Part shown: positions 63,000-64,000 of the stretch, piece after piece | Layout of the letters: each line of letters starts with the position of its first letter | Numbering within the stretch: the first letter of the stretch is position 1 | DNA from: Tepidisphaera sp. | GTDB lineage: Bacteria; Planctomycetota; Phycisphaerae; Phycisphaerales; UBA1924 | Direction: 5' to 3' | NCBI GenBank assembly: GCA_050916045.1 | Contig: CP051526.1 | Span: 1,120,001 to 1,184,000, forward strand | Length of the DNA stretch: 64,000 bases | Made by a program: the position numbers and the translations under genes | The notes under the pieces: model-generated | The model's database searches: none | Told to the model about the DNA's origin: nothing | What the model saw: only the letters and a program-made list of their open reading frames with translations

Positions 63000-64000
63000 G
63001 TGCGCCGGCCGGCTTCCCCCGCGCCCCGGAGTTCCGAAGGCCGCCCGAGTTTCGGTCAGCTTTTCGCCCGCTGGGACGACCCGCTGACCTGGTCGGTCGG
63101 GCTGGTCTCGTTCAGCGGGTACCGCGTGGGTGTGCACTGGGTCACGGTCTTCTGGATCGCGCTGCAGGTGATGCTGGCGATCCCGGCGGATCGGATCGGG
63201 CCGCAGAACATCGCGCTGGCCGTCGGTTTCGTGATGCTGACGGTGATGCTCCGCGAGACGCTGCGGCTTTGGCTGGCCCGTCGCGTGGGTGGAGAAGCCG
63301 AGTACGTGGTGATCTGGCCTCTGGGCGCGATGGTGAGCCCGACGCCGCCGCGTGCGCTTGCACCCAAGCTTCTGGTCTCGCTCGCACCATCGCTGGTCAG
63401 TCTGGTGGTGGGGACGGGCCTTCTGATCACGCTTTGGGCGATGGGTGCGACGCCTCGGCAGATGTGGTTCAATCCGTTTGATTTCCGCGCAGTGGTGCGA
63501 TCGATCGAGTCGTTCCCGCTCGCGGTGGTCTGGTGGGCGTACTTCTCGACCCTGGTCGTCGCGGGGCTCAACCTTCTGCCGATGCTGCCGCTGGACGGCG
63601 GCCGGCTTTTCGAGGTGTGGGCGTGGCACAGCCGTCGTCGCGAGCGGGCCCGGACGATCGTCGGGCTGATGTCGATCATCGTCGCCGGTCTGCTCGCGAT
63701 CGTGGGGATCTCGTCGGAACAGCCGCTGCTCATCGCGCTGTCGGTCTTTGGCGGTCTTGCCGGCTGGCTTGAGCTTCGTCGCTCTGAGTTCGTGGAGCGT
63801 CCCGCGTATGTGTCCCCGGGCCTGCCTCCGGACTGGATCGCGGGAGCCGAGCCCTCGCCGACGCCGGCTTTGGATCTCGAATCAGCCGACGAGGTCGAAC
63901 CGGTGGAGGAGTCGCCCGAGCCTGAGAAGAAGCCGGAACTCGGGATCGACGAGGTGCTCTCGAAGATCTCCGCGAGCGGCATGGGGTCGCTGACCGATGA
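63000..64000 (+). CDS. Site-2 protease (M50)-like membrane protein lacking HExxH; 3' end runs off the window
   Basis: Read by hand (not in the track): WSVGL..GYRVGVHW, MLRETLR, WPLG, NLLPMLPLDGG, IDEVLSKISASGMGSLT. Start GTG 63000 or 62934. Confidence 0.8.
   Translation, partial: MRRPASPAPRSSEGRPSFGQLFARWDDPLTWSVGLVSFSGYRVGVHWVTVFWIALQVMLAIPADRIGPQNIALAVGFVMLTVMLRETLRLWLARRVGGEAEYVVIWPLGAMVSPTPPRALAPKLLVSLAPSLVSLVVGTGLLITLWAMGATPRQMWFNPFDFRAVVRSIESFPLAVVWWAYFSTLVVAGLNLLPMLPLDGGRLFEVWAWHSRRRERARTIVGLMSIIVAGLLAIVGISSEQPLLIALSVFGGLAGWLELRRSEFVERPAYVSPGLPPDWIAGAEPSPTPALDLESADEVEPVEESPEPEKKPELGIDEVLSKISASGMGSLTD

Overview
High-GC bacterial chromosomal segment, most consistent with a Planctomycetota/Phycisphaerae genome (DUF1559-type H-X9-DG prepilin, C-terminal GC-ending dockerin-like anchor, orphan secretin, groEL...groES-groEL-dnaJ-grpE cluster). 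It carries housekeeping genes (alaS, rluD-like, coaX, kynA, acpP-fabF, ispH, chaperones, acpS, plsC) and three tRNAs (Val-GAC, Gly-TCC, Glu-CTC). The most notable items are: (1) a 717-bp integrase-less element at tRNA-Gly with a 46-bp att duplication, arm-like repeats at both ends and a two-gene RHH-like plus membrane-peptide cargo; (2) a 16-kb phosphonate/phosphorus-scavenging locus (PbfA-like lyase, PhnX-like HAD, TIGR03364-type flavoprotein, OPA-type MFS, metallophosphoesterase, pilin-like and dockerin-anchored surface proteins) whose promoters share in-phase 11-bp Pho-box-like repeats; (3) inverted heptamer arrays bracketing the second groEL; (4) an in-frame UGA at a zinc-ribbon Cys position; (5) many apparently leaderless genes; (6) a site-2-protease homologue without HExxH. 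No CRISPR array, rRNA, transposase or integrase was seen. All family calls are from motif recognition by eye, with no database search.
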